Below are positions 49,001 through 58,669 of a DNA stretch of 64,000 nucleotides, piece by piece. The stretch is from a virus (taxonomy: Duplodnaviria > Heunggongvirae > Uroviricota > Caudoviricetes). The position numbers and the translations under genes were made by a program. The notes under the pieces were generated by a model. That model made no database searches. It was not told the origin of the DNA and worked only from the letters and a program-made list of their open reading frames with translations. The stretch covers positions 354,948 through 418,947 of the IMG/VR virus record IMGVR_UViG_3300021979_000001. One strand, 5' to 3'. Within the stretch, counting starts at the first letter, position 1. Every line of letters starts with the position of its first letter.

Positions 49001-50497
49001 AACAGTAACACCATTCTGACCAGTTGCCGTGACACTTTTAACCGTTCCGGTTGCGCCATTCAGCGTAATTGTTGCAGTCCCATTACTTTCGGTAACAGTT
49101 AATGCATCACCAACAATATTCAGATTTTTGACATCCGTTCCGACTTGTGTCCCTTCTTCAAGCACAGTCAGTCCCGAAAACTGATTTTCCAGAATTCCGC
49201 TTGCATCAATGATAACATCCGACTCGGATTCAGTAACATCGATACCACCAGTCCCAACAATACGACGGAATTGTAAATTTTGGCCGCTTTTTCCAAAGAA
49301 TATATTTGCGGAACCATCATCACTTTCAGAAAGATTTTCACCCGCTGTCACAATTGGATTTGGTGCCGCACTAGTAACACGACCTTTATTATCGACAACA
49401 ATGGTAGGTGCAACATATGTTCCAGCCGTAACACCGCTTGTCCCAAGCGCGACATTGAAACTACCACTACCAGTAATTGTGCTTCCCGTAACGACAACAC
49501 CATCACTGCCGGTCAAACCAACGCTCGATACCCCAGCAGACCCGTTAGTAACGGAAATCAACCGTCCTTGTGCGTCAACCGTAACATTTGCATTGGTATA
49601 AGACCCGGCAGTAACACCAGTATCCGTTAATCTGATTGCCAAAGTGCCAGTATCGGTTATTGGACCACCCGTAACAGATACGCCATGACTCCCCTGGGCA
49701 GCAACTTCTGTTACCCCGGTTGTCGAGACTGTAACTTCGTTTGCCGTTGAGGTGATGGTGGTGTTTCCAGAACCTTTAAGGGTCTTGAACTCCAACGCAG
49801 TTCCATTTTTAGTTGAGTATACACCAACACCAGACCCAACATTTGCCCCCGTATTAATTTCACCAAGGGTGTTTGTTGACGCCGATGTAACGCGACCTTG
49901 TGCATCAATGGTAACAGTTGGTGCTGTGTAAGTTCCTGGGGTTACGCCGGTGCTTGACAGACCAATAGAGAGCGAACCAGACTGGGTAATTGGGCTTCCT
50001 GATACAACGACCCCATTCTGACCAGTTGCGCCAACAGATGTCACTGTTCCGCTTGTTTCTGGTGTCCACTCGAATGACGTTCCGTTCCATTTAAGGACAA
50101 CATTTGCACTACTTGGTGCAGTAATAAAATCAAGTTCATCTTCCGACACCCCATAAAGGATTCCCTTCGGAATAATCGAAGCAGGGGCTTCAACAATCGA
50201 TGAAAAATTAATAGTGTCTAATCCACCCACCGCTTTAATGGTGATAGTCGATCCATCTTCTGACAAAACGATGCCATCACCAGCGACGACTGATTTAAAA
50301 TCCAGAACAACGTCGGATGATCCGTTTGTTCCCATGAATAGGCCATACCCGACACCTAGATTGTGACCGGTGACTGATTTTACGCTAGGTTTTGCTGTCG
50401 TTGTTTCTGTTCCAGTGCTTGACGAACCCGAAGTTGTTCCTTCATATGTCACTTGTCCTGTCCCAGATGTAATACGACCATTTCCAATAGTTGGCAT
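46064..50497 (-). CDS. giant repeat-rich fibre-like structural protein (1477 aa)
   Basis: Many GVT.GTY...TVD..GRVT, GTVTSV.A.G..GI.V.G.PIT..G and E.NTASNVG.G.G....K....L.FKSL modules. Confidence 0.8.
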   Translation of the reverse strand: MPTIGNGRITSGTGQVTYEGTTSGSSSTGTETTTAKPSVKSVTGHNLGVGYGLFMGTNGSSDVVLDFKSVVAGDGIVLSEDGSTITIKAVGGLDTINFSSIVEAPASIIPKGILYGVSEDELDFITAPSSANVVLKWNGTSFEWTPETSGTVTSVGATGQNGVVVSGSPITQSGSLSIGLSSTGVTPGTYTAPTVTIDAQGRVTSASTNTLGEINTGANVGSGVGVYSTKNGTALEFKTLKGSGNTTITSTANEVTVSTTGVTEVAAQGSHGVSVTGGPITDTGTLAIRLTDTGVTAGSYTNANVTVDAQGRLISVTNGSAGVSSVGLTGSDGVVVTGSTITGSGSFNVALGTSGVTAGTYVAPTIVVDNKGRVTSAAPNPIVTAGENLSESDDGSANIFFGKSGQNLQFRRIVGTGGIDVTESESDVIIDASGILENQFSGLTVLEEGTQVGTDVKNLNIVGDALTVTESNGTATITLNGATGTVKSVTATGQNGVTVSGGPITTTGNFAIGLSATGVTSGTYHYPSVTVDSYGRVTAMQSNTISNVGSGATVYRTGTTPYQLRSIVAGDNIEITQDVTEIVISTPASVSSVGVTGTNGITVSGDTTITDSGSFNVSLSSTGVTPGTYNSLTVNAQGRVTAATVQPIGEANTASNVGTGGFGTYYQKSGTNLQFKSLVPGSGIGISDNGTTLTISAPSLGHTTTITAGAGMDVSSVDEDNDTNFTVALDQSGVTAGTYNIPTVTVDQYGRITEIVENPLDSGEVNVGVNDGSGVGVFKNKVNAELHFKSLLGGDVIELTETTNSIEIDAKTTGVTAGSYDIASITVDDYGRITYAASGPSPVYSVDAEGAGGISVTGGPITNTGTFTVTLDDTAVTPGTYNKVSVNQQGRVISATNVVYGDISNGRNLGDGTGIYAGKELDELQFKSIVAGDNITVTEDSETGEITITSTATVTGVGEVNTASNVSGGVGVFYQKTDADLEFKSLTGGDGVTITESNGVILIDALAGSATGTVTSVAATGSNGITVVGSPITESGTLSIGLANTGVTAGTYNRLTVNAQGRVTAATLVDYGTVHSVAASGYNGIEIAGSPITDTGEIEISLSETGVEAGTYNSVTVDPYGRITDATNENYGEINTASNVGTGAGIFKAKADVDLQFKSLVAGENITLVEGTNTITIDASGLAGTGTVTSVDAAGTSDVSVTGGPVTTEGTFIIGLTDTGVTGGTYNNVTVDAKGRVTAASNVSYLTANQTTTLSGDITGSGTTSIITSLSETGVTSGSYTNANVTVDSKGRITEISNGTGGSGGIAVQDEGTEVVSLADTLNFVGNGVTVTDEDGVTTVTVPGGSSNVEQNEFVVFRYSSGAGGTFDVADPVLTTSSGVEVNILDASNCIVEFNFTGHAFPPIAIAVMGHVTATNELVYTNVTTSFDTRKVLAGGTWDNTTYMGNFSRFTIQLRMMDTGAGAGFQQRAQCAIMFKF

Positions 50498-50551
50498 TTG
50501 GTATCCTCCAAATAAATTACTTTTGTTCTATTTATTCCCAACCACGTTTAG

Positions 50552-50953
50552 TTAGAAACACAACACAATACGATTAATTGTCCCAAAAAGTGTAACTTCG
50601 CGCTCGCCCGCCATATCATCCAAAATATATGATCGATCCAAGATTGCCCGCACCCAAAGATATTTTCCTTGGAACGTATATCCAACAGCATGTGTTTCAT
50701 TCGGGATTGATGGATTTCTTGGAAATTCAATTGTATGATTGCCATCCAATGGAACGGAAAACCAATCAGTATCTAATGGTTCCAGGGCCAACGATGCTTC
50801 GATGCTTATTTTACCGTGCAACGCATTGGGGTAAATAACAACAGTATGCAATCCGTTGTGTCCATTATACCACCCGCCCGATTTAACAGGTTCGCCAACT
50901 ACGTTTATTTCGTAGCCTGTATTGTTCATTAGAATGGAATTTGGTCGCTTCAT
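50552..50953 (-). CDS. hypothetical late protein
   Basis: G.I.IEASL...P...DWF.V...F.G.Y.WVRA. ATAAATA upstream. Confidence 0.7.
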   Translation of the reverse strand: MKRPNSILMNNTGYEINVVGEPVKSGGWYNGHNGLHTVVIYPNALHGKISIEASLALEPLDTDWFSVPLDGNHTIEFPRNPSIPNETHAVGYTFQGKYLWVRAILDRSYILDDMAGEREVTLFGTINRIVLCF

Positions 50954-51057
50954 GACATCACTTCAAAGGGTTATGTCTTATTTATTATACCTTGACCCTA
51001 AATAACGCCTATGATAGCCTTTTTAAAAATTTTCGTTAACTACAAATTGAGATTGTA

Positions 51058-51795
51058 ATGTCATATGTTCACGAAGAATTACCAGTCCTGGATAATCCAT
51101 ACTTCGAAATTATAAAATTTATTGAACCAATCTTGGATATGGAAACCGGGCCTTGGCTTGCCGGGGGTATGATGCGTAGATATTTATGCAATACTGATAT
51201 ATCAGAAGAATTTGATATTGATATTTTTTGTGCCAATTCAAATAAAATGAATAGTGCATGTGATAAACTGAATAGTATAATCTGTAAAAATATAGATAAT
51301 TTTGAAATCACCACATATCGACATTTAAGTAAAAGTCATAATGCGTTAAGTCTTAATGTATGTAGTGGTGCATTTTATGAAATGGTCAACAGAACAAGAC
51401 ACAAATCAAATCGCAGAAAGGTAACCATTCAGTTTATTGATGCAAGCCGTTCATTGCATGATACTGAAAATGATATGGTCCCAAAAATATACGACACGAA
51501 GGACATCAACCCAACTCATATTTTGGATCGATTTGATTTTACAATTTGTCAGTTTCTTACTGATGGCAAAACGTTGATGTCTGGGAAAACATCAAAACAA
51601 GATTTGTCCAATAATATGCTGGTGTTACACGAAATGAGGTATACCCGACCATCGCTTAATCGTGTTTCAAAATATATGAAAGCAGGATATATTGCACCAC
51701 CAGGGACATTATCTACTGTATTTCGTCTGAATACCCCACTTGAAAAGAAGAATATTTATTGTGCTTCTGGTATTATCTTATATGGAAATTACTGA
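51058..51795 (+). CDS. polymerase-beta-superfamily nucleotidyltransferase-like protein
   Basis: WLAGGMMR...DIDIF...IQFI...ILDRFDFTICQF...R..KY...GY. Confidence 0.7.
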   Translation: MSYVHEELPVLDNPYFEIIKFIEPILDMETGPWLAGGMMRRYLCNTDISEEFDIDIFCANSNKMNSACDKLNSIICKNIDNFEITTYRHLSKSHNALSLNVCSGAFYEMVNRTRHKSNRRKVTIQFIDASRSLHDTENDMVPKIYDTKDINPTHILDRFDFTICQFLTDGKTLMSGKTSKQDLSNNMLVLHEMRYTRPSLNRVSKYMKAGYIAPPGTLSTVFRLNTPLEKKNIYCASGIILYGNY

Positions 51796-51796
51796 C

Positions 51797-52354
51797 ATGT
51801 TTAAAAATTTGTTCAATAAAAATCCCATAACAGAAACAGTTGATATTAAAAAATCAACATTACAAGAATACGAAAATAAACCCAAATTTGATTTTAATTG
51901 TATTACCTATGATATTATTAAACCATATCTTACCATGTCTATTCTGGTTGAGTATCCGATAATAGCGTGTGTTATGCATGATAACATCATTATGCCACTC
52001 GTTTTTTCTCGGGGTGTTGTGGTTACCTACCCAGACTATATCGCGTTGTTATCATACGTCACCGGGCCAGCATCTACTATGAATGAATCGCTAGTTGCTA
52101 TTGAAAAAATTATTGGTGTTCAGTCAAAACGTTTGATGTCTATCGCGCTCAACAATAGGCAACTAGCATCACAAATTGGTAACACGAGATTGTTTATCAT
52201 CAACAAGAATGTTTATGACTCGTTGATAAACAATATCAACGAGTCAATTCGTAATAATAAAGATGATAATATAGTTTTAGATAATTTCATTAATTACATT
52301 AAACACATCGAAAATCAATACAAGATAGCATGGGATGAACCACTAAAAATTTAA
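51797..52354 (+). CDS. hypothetical protein
   Basis: ATG directly after the upstream stop. Terminator after. Confidence 0.65.
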   Translation: MFKNLFNKNPITETVDIKKSTLQEYENKPKFDFNCITYDIIKPYLTMSILVEYPIIACVMHDNIIMPLVFSRGVVVTYPDYIALLSYVTGPASTMNESLVAIEKIIGVQSKRLMSIALNNRQLASQIGNTRLFIINKNVYDSLINNINESIRNNKDDNIVLDNFINYIKHIENQYKIAWDEPLKI

Positions 52355-52380
52355 GAAGGGGGGTTGCCCCCTCTTTTTTT

Positions 52381-53430
52381 TTAAAATGACGCAACCATTA
52401 CTTTTTCACTGACCCATTTTTTAAATGTTCCATCCGAAAACTTAACAGAATGGAATGTTAACGGGTATTGTATAAAAAAATTACCAAGATGTGATGTTTT
52501 GAATACTACCGAGTTAACTGCGGAAAAATAACTTCCATCAGCAAAATCAAAATGGATGATACCTTCAAGGCCGATCATGTTGTTGTTTACTTTATTTAAC
52601 TTGGCAGATACCAGATTATTTTTTTTATCAATAATCCCAACCAATTTCTTCAAATTTTTCAAAATAAATTTATTGCGAATATCATCTGCCACTTCACTAG
52701 CAAACTTGTTAACAATGTCATCAACATCCGACTTAATTGTGATGTCGCTATTCATTGTATAGCCAACCCGAGTGGTAACTTTACTGACTATAATAAGCGC
52801 TATCTGGTTCGAAGATTTTCCTTCCGGTCCATACATCATCTGTGGCGTAAATGATTTCCCAGTCGTATTTTTTTCCTGGGTATATTCATTTTTCCATGTG
52901 CTGATATACTGGTTCAATTGGAAAATTAACGATTTAACAATATTATCGTAACTTTCTTCTGTGATCTGGTTAAGTAGGTCTTTAACCATTTTCATATCAC
53001 CAGACCGACTAACCGGTGCCAATGCCGCTTGTGCTGCCTTAGACATCGGTTTGGGTTTCGCCCCAACAAGTGGTTTGACTTCCTCGGCCAGAACGAAATA
53101 TGGAATGAAAATCGAAAAAAAATCAGCAATAATATTGCGTGCTTCAACTGGAATGTCCAAGTTATCGATAGTTTTTTTCTTCGATTTATAATGGGCAACC
53201 GTTGGGCGGGCCATCGCCACTGTAAACGAGTGATTTCCAAGAAGGTTATACATGTCATACTTATCAAACATGGCGGTCCATGCTCGATCAACAATATTAT
53301 CGATATTTTTCTTGTTTTCCTGGTAATGAGCCTTGATAATCGTTTCGTCAACTTTTGCCTGTTCTAATTTGGCACGAGCCGCGCCCAACTTTTCGATTTG
53401 AAGATCAGAAATGAGATCAGTAATAAGCAT
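52381..53430 (-). CDS. hypothetical protein
   Basis: 349-aa ORF ending F.QYPLTFH.V...DG. Confidence 0.75.
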   Translation of the reverse strand: MLITDLISDLQIEKLGAARAKLEQAKVDETIIKAHYQENKKNIDNIVDRAWTAMFDKYDMYNLLGNHSFTVAMARPTVAHYKSKKKTIDNLDIPVEARNIIADFFSIFIPYFVLAEEVKPLVGAKPKPMSKAAQAALAPVSRSGDMKMVKDLLNQITEESYDNIVKSLIFQLNQYISTWKNEYTQEKNTTGKSFTPQMMYGPEGKSSNQIALIIVSKVTTRVGYTMNSDITIKSDVDDIVNKFASEVADDIRNKFILKNLKKLVGIIDKKNNLVSAKLNKVNNNMIGLEGIIHFDFADGSYFSAVNSVVFKTSHLGNFFIQYPLTFHSVKFSDGTFKKWVSEKVMVASF

Positions 53431-53531
53431 TTTATAATACCCATAATATTATAGTTATTAAAATATAGTGGTCATGTTTAATTTAATCAACAAAAAAACG
53501 ATAGAGATCGTTAAATCTCTATCGTGTTTAT

Positions 53532-54362
53532 TTAAGCCAATACAATCGAAGCGTCTGAATCACTTTCGACTGTTCCATTTTCATTCCATACATAACTCAC
53601 GTCATCGAACGTATACAGACGAAATGTATGAATCATGCGAACAGCTTTGACAATTGATGCACCAGTAATTGTAACTGTTGGAATAGAAGTATACCCACTA
53701 CCGGCATTGGTAACAGTAATGCTATCAACCATTCCTTCTTCACGAGAAGATGTTGCGGTTGCATTACCACTAACCGTAACAGCAGGATTGGATGCATAGC
53801 CATCCCCACCATTATCAACTACAATACGCACCACTTCCCAGGCAGTCGCCGTGACTGTTGCGCCAGTTCCGGTGCCCGATGTTGCATTTACTGCATCTTC
53901 TGGGTCTGTTAAAACGCCATACATGCCCGCTTGCGTGACTTCCAGCCCGGTGATAGCACCAGACCCGTCAACGCTTGTCACGGTCAATATAACGGCCTGC
54001 AAACCACTACCTGTGCTGAATGACAGGGTATCACTTACATCATAACCAACACCACCAGAAACAACACTAACCGCAGTAACCCCCATCAGGGCATGCGCGG
54101 TAGCCCCATTGCCTTCCTTGGTAAATAATGTTGCTTCAATTACGGCATCCCCAGCATCGGAAACTTCTGGTTTCAAAGTCACGATGCCTGATGCTTCGGT
54201 TGATGTGTTAACCACTTTATACGTCGCCACACCCATCTGTTGAATGATGATTGACGTTGTATTCGATTCTTCTTCGCCTGGAATCCAGCATTCGGTTATC
54301 TTAACCTGTTTTCCGGCATCTGTTGTTGAACCAAAGTAACGAGTATTTAACGGTCGCCCCAT
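53532..54362 (-). CDS. probable virion structural protein
   Basis: MGRPLN..YFG start, N.GSGYT..PTVTITG repeats, AAGGAG RBS, ATAAATA upstream. Confidence 0.7.
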   Translation of the reverse strand: MGRPLNTRYFGSTTDAGKQVKITECWIPGEEESNTTSIIIQQMGVATYKVVNTSTEASGIVTLKPEVSDAGDAVIEATLFTKEGNGATAHALMGVTAVSVVSGGVGYDVSDTLSFSTGSGLQAVILTVTSVDGSGAITGLEVTQAGMYGVLTDPEDAVNATSGTGTGATVTATAWEVVRIVVDNGGDGYASNPAVTVSGNATATSSREEGMVDSITVTNAGSGYTSIPTVTITGASIVKAVRMIHTFRLYTFDDVSYVWNENGTVESDSDASIVLA

Positions 54363-54383
54363 TGATTTTCTCCTTAAAGAAAG

Positions 54384-54390
54384 TATTTAT
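54384..54390 (-). promoter_or_regulatory. T4-late-like promoter motif ATAAATA (representative copy)
   Basis: The same motif lies shortly upstream of genes at 3718, 6757, 8228, 10774, 14643, 23250, 38954, 41376, 44032, 50529, 50979 and 60256 (minus) and at 4530 and 36741 (plus). Confidence 0.6.
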
Positions 54391-54427
54391 CTGATTTATC
54401 ATTTTCTTAAGGACAACCGTTTAATTG

Positions 54428-54907
54428 TTAATTCTGCAATAAAAACAGAACAAGGTCTTCATTTGATACTGGTAATTTTAACACGTTGTTAAGGGATCGT
54501 GATCTAACTGTTTTTTTACTAGGTCTGGTCCGTGATTTTTCAGATATTGAAATCGCAATTAACCCACTTGGGTATATAGTTACGACCTTTCCGATAATCG
54601 ATATGATTGGCCCGGACGTTCCACTTTTATATGAATAATATACCATGTCACCAACCCATACGGACCGTTTCATAGCATCTTGCACATCATCTTCGACTAT
54701 TTCACCATTCACATACGGATATATATATTTCATATCCATCTTACAAGAGGGTATGTTTGTATCATCAGGGGTAAAATATACTTTAGAATCAAACGTTTCA
54801 CGCTTACATTTACCCAACAATCCATCATGATTGTGTCCATCATGAACAATAATAAATGTAGTATGCGGATCACGTTCAATGATATTTTTAAATTTTGTTA
54901 ATAACAC
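54428..54907 (-). CDS. hypothetical protein
   Basis: 159-aa ORF. Confidence 0.6.
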   Translation of the reverse strand: MLLTKFKNIIERDPHTTFIIVHDGHNHDGLLGKCKRETFDSKVYFTPDDTNIPSCKMDMKYIYPYVNGEIVEDDVQDAMKRSVWVGDMVYYSYKSGTSGPIISIIGKVVTIYPSGLIAISISEKSRTRPSKKTVRSRSLNNVLKLPVSNEDLVLFLLQN

Positions 54908-54920
54908 GTTGCTGTTTATC

Positions 54921-55190
54921 CTATTCCGGCAATTTTGATTTTAACTCGGCAATGGATTTTTCTGCATCACGCAATCGATCAATTGCAATTTTTACCGTAG
55001 TTTCCAAATCGGCTAACTGCAATTTTAACAAATTGTTAACACCATCAACCGAATTTTGGTTTTGTTTAGATAACTCATATAATCGTTTATACTCCGAAGC
55101 TACGTTATTCGCAGCTTGCAACTTTTCTTCGTATTCACGTGTTATTTTTTTAACGAACTGGTTTCCACCCATATCATAAATATCAGCCAT
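54921..55190 (-). CDS. hypothetical coiled-coil protein
   Basis: ATG 55190 overlaps the upstream stop. Heptad pattern. Confidence 0.6.
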   Translation of the reverse strand: MADIYDMGGNQFVKKITREYEEKLQAANNVASEYKRLYELSKQNQNSVDGVNNLLKLQLADLETTVKIAIDRLRDAEKSIAELKSKLPE

Positions 55191-55560
55191 TTTTTGCCGC
55201 CCGCAATTGTTTTTTACGACCAGGACGACGACCACGGCGACGACCCGATGACAATGCATCACCCGAGACATTAAGATTGTATACTGCCGCGAACCGATCT
55301 AAATCCATACCATCAATGGCAACAATTGCATCATTAATAATACGTCTGTGCTTCCCGGTATCAACATCGGAGACATCCAGGATATATCTGTTGTTTGTAT
55401 GATCTTCGGTGATACGCAGTAAGTTGAAATTACCAACCGACTTAAAATTGATCATGCCACTCATATCGACTGCTCGATAATGTGCGCTAATTTCAATCAC
55501 CCGGTTAAATACGTCTTTACTAATTAACTTTTTCATCAATTTTGCATTCATAGAAATCAT
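55183..55560 (-). CDS. hypothetical protein with a basic GRRRGRRP tail
   Basis: IDGMD..RFA..YNL...G.RRGRRP. Confidence 0.65.
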   Translation of the reverse strand: MISMNAKLMKKLISKDVFNRVIEISAHYRAVDMSGMINFKSVGNFNLLRITEDHTNNRYILDVSDVDTGKHRRIINDAIVAIDGMDLDRFAAVYNLNVSGDALSSGRRRGRRPGRKKQLRAAKNG

Positions 55561-55745
55561 CCATTATTTTAAAAGTGTGACTTCCATGATTTTGAACATT
55601 ATTTTTTTCCGCATTCATCGTTTTACCGATATGTAAACTACTATAGTAGTTAGTGGGACCATATTACTGAAAAAATAAATAATATCCAAACCATGAAATT
55701 AGTTTTAATTTTGAAATGTTTACGATCTGTTCTTTTTCAGACCGG

Positions 55746-55778
55746 TTAAAAGGCCGGGAACGATACCCGGCCTTTTAA
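55746..55778. terminator. intrinsic terminator after clpA
   Basis: TTAAAAGGCCGGG-loop-CCCGGCCTTTTAA. Confidence 0.75.
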
Positions 55779-55788
55779 TTCATGTCAT

Positions 55789-58050
55789 TTAGACGAGGAT
55801 AATATCCCCATCTTTAACATCAACCGTGCAATCACCGCCATGTTCCAGATTTCCCATGATCATTTTCCGTGCCAACGGCGTTTTGATCGCATCGTTGATG
55901 ACACGGGACATCGGACGCGCACCATAATCTGGATCAAACCCTTTGTCCGAAAGCCATTTCTTCGCATCCGGGGTGATTGTCAAATTGACATCGTTTTCTT
56001 TTGCATGGGCAACAACCTTAGCAAAAAACTTATCAACAATCATCAGCATCGTATCTTTTTCCAGACGATTGAAGACGATCACCTTATCAATCCGGTTGCG
56101 GAACTCCGGTGCATATTTCTTTTCAATCGCCGACTTTGCCGCTGTTGCCACATCAATTTGATGTCCCGAGCCGAATCCCAAGGGTTTCTTGCTCATTTCA
56201 AACGCACCGGTGTTGGTGGTCATGACAAGCACGGTATGTGAAAAGTCAATCGTTTTACCTTTTGTATTGGTAAGACGACCACCGTCCATCACCTGCAACA
56301 ACAGGGTGAAAATATCGGGATGGGCTTTTTCAATTTCATCAAGGAGGATGACGCAGTGTGGGTTTTTTTCAACCTCACTGGTAAGTTTTCCACTCCCACT
56401 TGCTTCATCATACCCGACGTAGCCAGGCGGAACACCGATCAACCGCGAAATTGAATGTTTTTCTTGGTATTCGGACATATCAAACCGCAACAGTTTAAGC
56501 CCAAGTGTTTCGGCAAGCTGTTTGGTTGCTTCTGTTTTCCCAACACCGGTGGGGCCAGCAAACATGAAACAACCCAAGGGTTGGTCATGGTCCCGCAACC
56601 CAGCACGGGCAACAATCGTTGCATCAACAAGATTTGAGATTGCGGTGTCTTGCCCGAAAACGACTTTTTTCAAGTCATCTTCCAACGTTAAGATTTTCTC
56701 CCGTTCACCTTCTGTGATCATCTTTGCAGGAATGTTGGCAATTCGCGCAACTTCTGCCTGGATGTCGGCCAACGTGATTACTTTATCTGACCGATCAGAC
56801 AGAGAAATTTCAGCCCCGACTTCATCCATAACGTCAATGGCCTTATCAGGCAAATGTTTATTGACAATATGTCGGGTTGCCAATGACACCGCCGCATGAA
56901 CCGCCTCGTCCGAATATTTGACATTGTGGAAATCCTCATAGTAGGGTTTAAGCCCCATCAGGATTTCAACCGTGTCGTCATAGTTCGTTTCTTCAATGGT
57001 CAGTTTCTTGAACCGACGAGCCAGCGCGGCGTCTTTTTCAACATGAAGGGTATATTCATCATGCGTCGTTGCACCGATACAACGGATCGTGCCATTGGCA
57101 AGGCCAGGTTTCAAGATATTGGCAACGTCAAGTGCTGATCCGCCGCCAGACCCGGCACCAAGCATCGTGTGAATTTCATCAATGAAGATAATCGAATCGG
57201 GTAGAATTGCCAATGACTCTGCAATCTGCTTGACACGTTCCTCCATTTCACCACGATATTTTGTTCCGGCAATCAACGAACCCATGTCCAGCGACCAGAT
57301 TTGTTTGGTTGATATGCTGCTTGGCACATCACCATTCACGATCTTCATCGCCAATCCTTCTGCTACCGCAGTTTTACCCACGCCCGGTTCACCAACCAAC
57401 ATAACATTGGATTTCTTTTTCAGGTGGAGGATTTTAACCAGCCGGTCAATTTCGGTTGAACGACCGATCAATGGATCGATCTTTCCAACGGGCATTTCAT
57501 TCAGATTTTTGCAATATTTACGCAGACATTTGTCAGCTTCATCCGGCGATGTGATACTTTTCGCCGCACCACCGATACCTTCGGCCAGTTCTTTTTCGCG
57601 ACGATCCAGATTCAACGCAGACTGCATTGCCGCAAGATCAATCCCCATATCCGATAGCATTTTCATGCCGACTTCATCGGAGATCATATGTGGCGTTTGA
57701 TCAATGATATAGGTGATGCCCAAGATCAAGTCTGCGCCAGTGCAATCGGAACGACCCCGCAGCGCCCCATTTCCAACAACATATTGGATAAGGTCTTTCG
57801 CGCCCTTGTTTTGTTTCACTTCACCGTAATGGGAAGTGGGAATTTGACAATAATGATCATCAATATTCGAGATCATCTCGTCGATGTCGTCATCCGTGAT
57901 TTCGGGATTTGCCGCTTTAATGCTGGCACGAGCATCGTCATCATCCAATGCTGACAGCAAAAAATGATCGAGATTCACGAACTTAGATTTATAATGTGCT
58001 GCATATTTAAATGCAGCGTCCACCAATCCTTGAATTTTTTCGTGCGACAT
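55789..58050 (-). CDS. clpA: ATP-dependent Clp protease ATPase subunit ClpA
   Basis: Two AAA+ modules (GEPGVGKT/FIDEIH and GPTGVGKT/LLDEIEKAHPD), no ClpB middle domain, LGF ClpP-docking loop. Confidence 0.9.
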   Translation of the reverse strand: MSHEKIQGLVDAAFKYAAHYKSKFVNLDHFLLSALDDDDARASIKAANPEITDDDIDEMISNIDDHYCQIPTSHYGEVKQNKGAKDLIQYVVGNGALRGRSDCTGADLILGITYIIDQTPHMISDEVGMKMLSDMGIDLAAMQSALNLDRREKELAEGIGGAAKSITSPDEADKCLRKYCKNLNEMPVGKIDPLIGRSTEIDRLVKILHLKKKSNVMLVGEPGVGKTAVAEGLAMKIVNGDVPSSISTKQIWSLDMGSLIAGTKYRGEMEERVKQIAESLAILPDSIIFIDEIHTMLGAGSGGGSALDVANILKPGLANGTIRCIGATTHDEYTLHVEKDAALARRFKKLTIEETNYDDTVEILMGLKPYYEDFHNVKYSDEAVHAAVSLATRHIVNKHLPDKAIDVMDEVGAEISLSDRSDKVITLADIQAEVARIANIPAKMITEGEREKILTLEDDLKKVVFGQDTAISNLVDATIVARAGLRDHDQPLGCFMFAGPTGVGKTEATKQLAETLGLKLLRFDMSEYQEKHSISRLIGVPPGYVGYDEASGSGKLTSEVEKNPHCVILLDEIEKAHPDIFTLLLQVMDGGRLTNTKGKTIDFSHTVLVMTTNTGAFEMSKKPLGFGSGHQIDVATAAKSAIEKKYAPEFRNRIDKVIVFNRLEKDTMLMIVDKFFAKVVAHAKENDVNLTITPDAKKWLSDKGFDPDYGARPMSRVINDAIKTPLARKMIMGNLEHGGDCTVDVKDGDIILV

Positions 58051-58141
58051 TGGTTATCCTTTAATTAACGATAATTAACGATGCTATTCTAGCACAAAAT
58101 CACCAGCACACAATAGATAAATGATTAATTATTGTGTGCTA

Positions 58142-58582
58142 CTATTTTTCAGGATGCCATCCCATTCCCTTGCGAACGATGTCATTGACTTTTTCAATAC
58201 CATCGTTCTTGACTTTTTGGCATAAGGCAACATCCGCATCCGCCACATGATAGGCAAGATATTCAGAATACCAATACAATTCAATATCGATTTTATTCCG
58301 AATAGCTTCTGCTTCGGACCATTCCAAAACCCCACCAATTGATTTTTCTTGATCAAACAGATAAGCATTGGCCGCCGAGATGTAACGACCAAGTTCGTTA
58401 TATGTTTCGGCACATACATCGCGTCCCTGAATATCTACAGGCTTGCGATTAATGGGAGCAACATCGGTGCTTGCCATCGCATCAGAAACGCAAAACATCC
58501 CCATCACGATACCAAGTGAGAGGACACGAAGGACCGGTTTCATGCGCAACACTTTTGAAAAAGTCATTTCACATTTTGTCAT
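58142..58582 (-). CDS. hypothetical exported protein
   Basis: Signal-peptide-like N-terminus and a GGAGGA RBS. Confidence 0.65.
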   Translation of the reverse strand: MTKCEMTFSKVLRMKPVLRVLSLGIVMGMFCVSDAMASTDVAPINRKPVDIQGRDVCAETYNELGRYISAANAYLFDQEKSIGGVLEWSEAEAIRNKIDIELYWYSEYLAYHVADADVALCQKVKNDGIEKVNDIVRKGMGWHPEK

Positions 58583-58669
58583 ACCGTCCTCCTAAATTTT
58601 GGTCGTCTATATTTTCTAGTTCATTCATACCCGTTTTACGACGATTTGACAAGCAGAAAAACACAAAAA

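Noticed and set aside
55789-58050. ClpB assignment
   Set aside because: There is no coiled-coil middle domain between the AAA+ modules, and an LGF loop is present.
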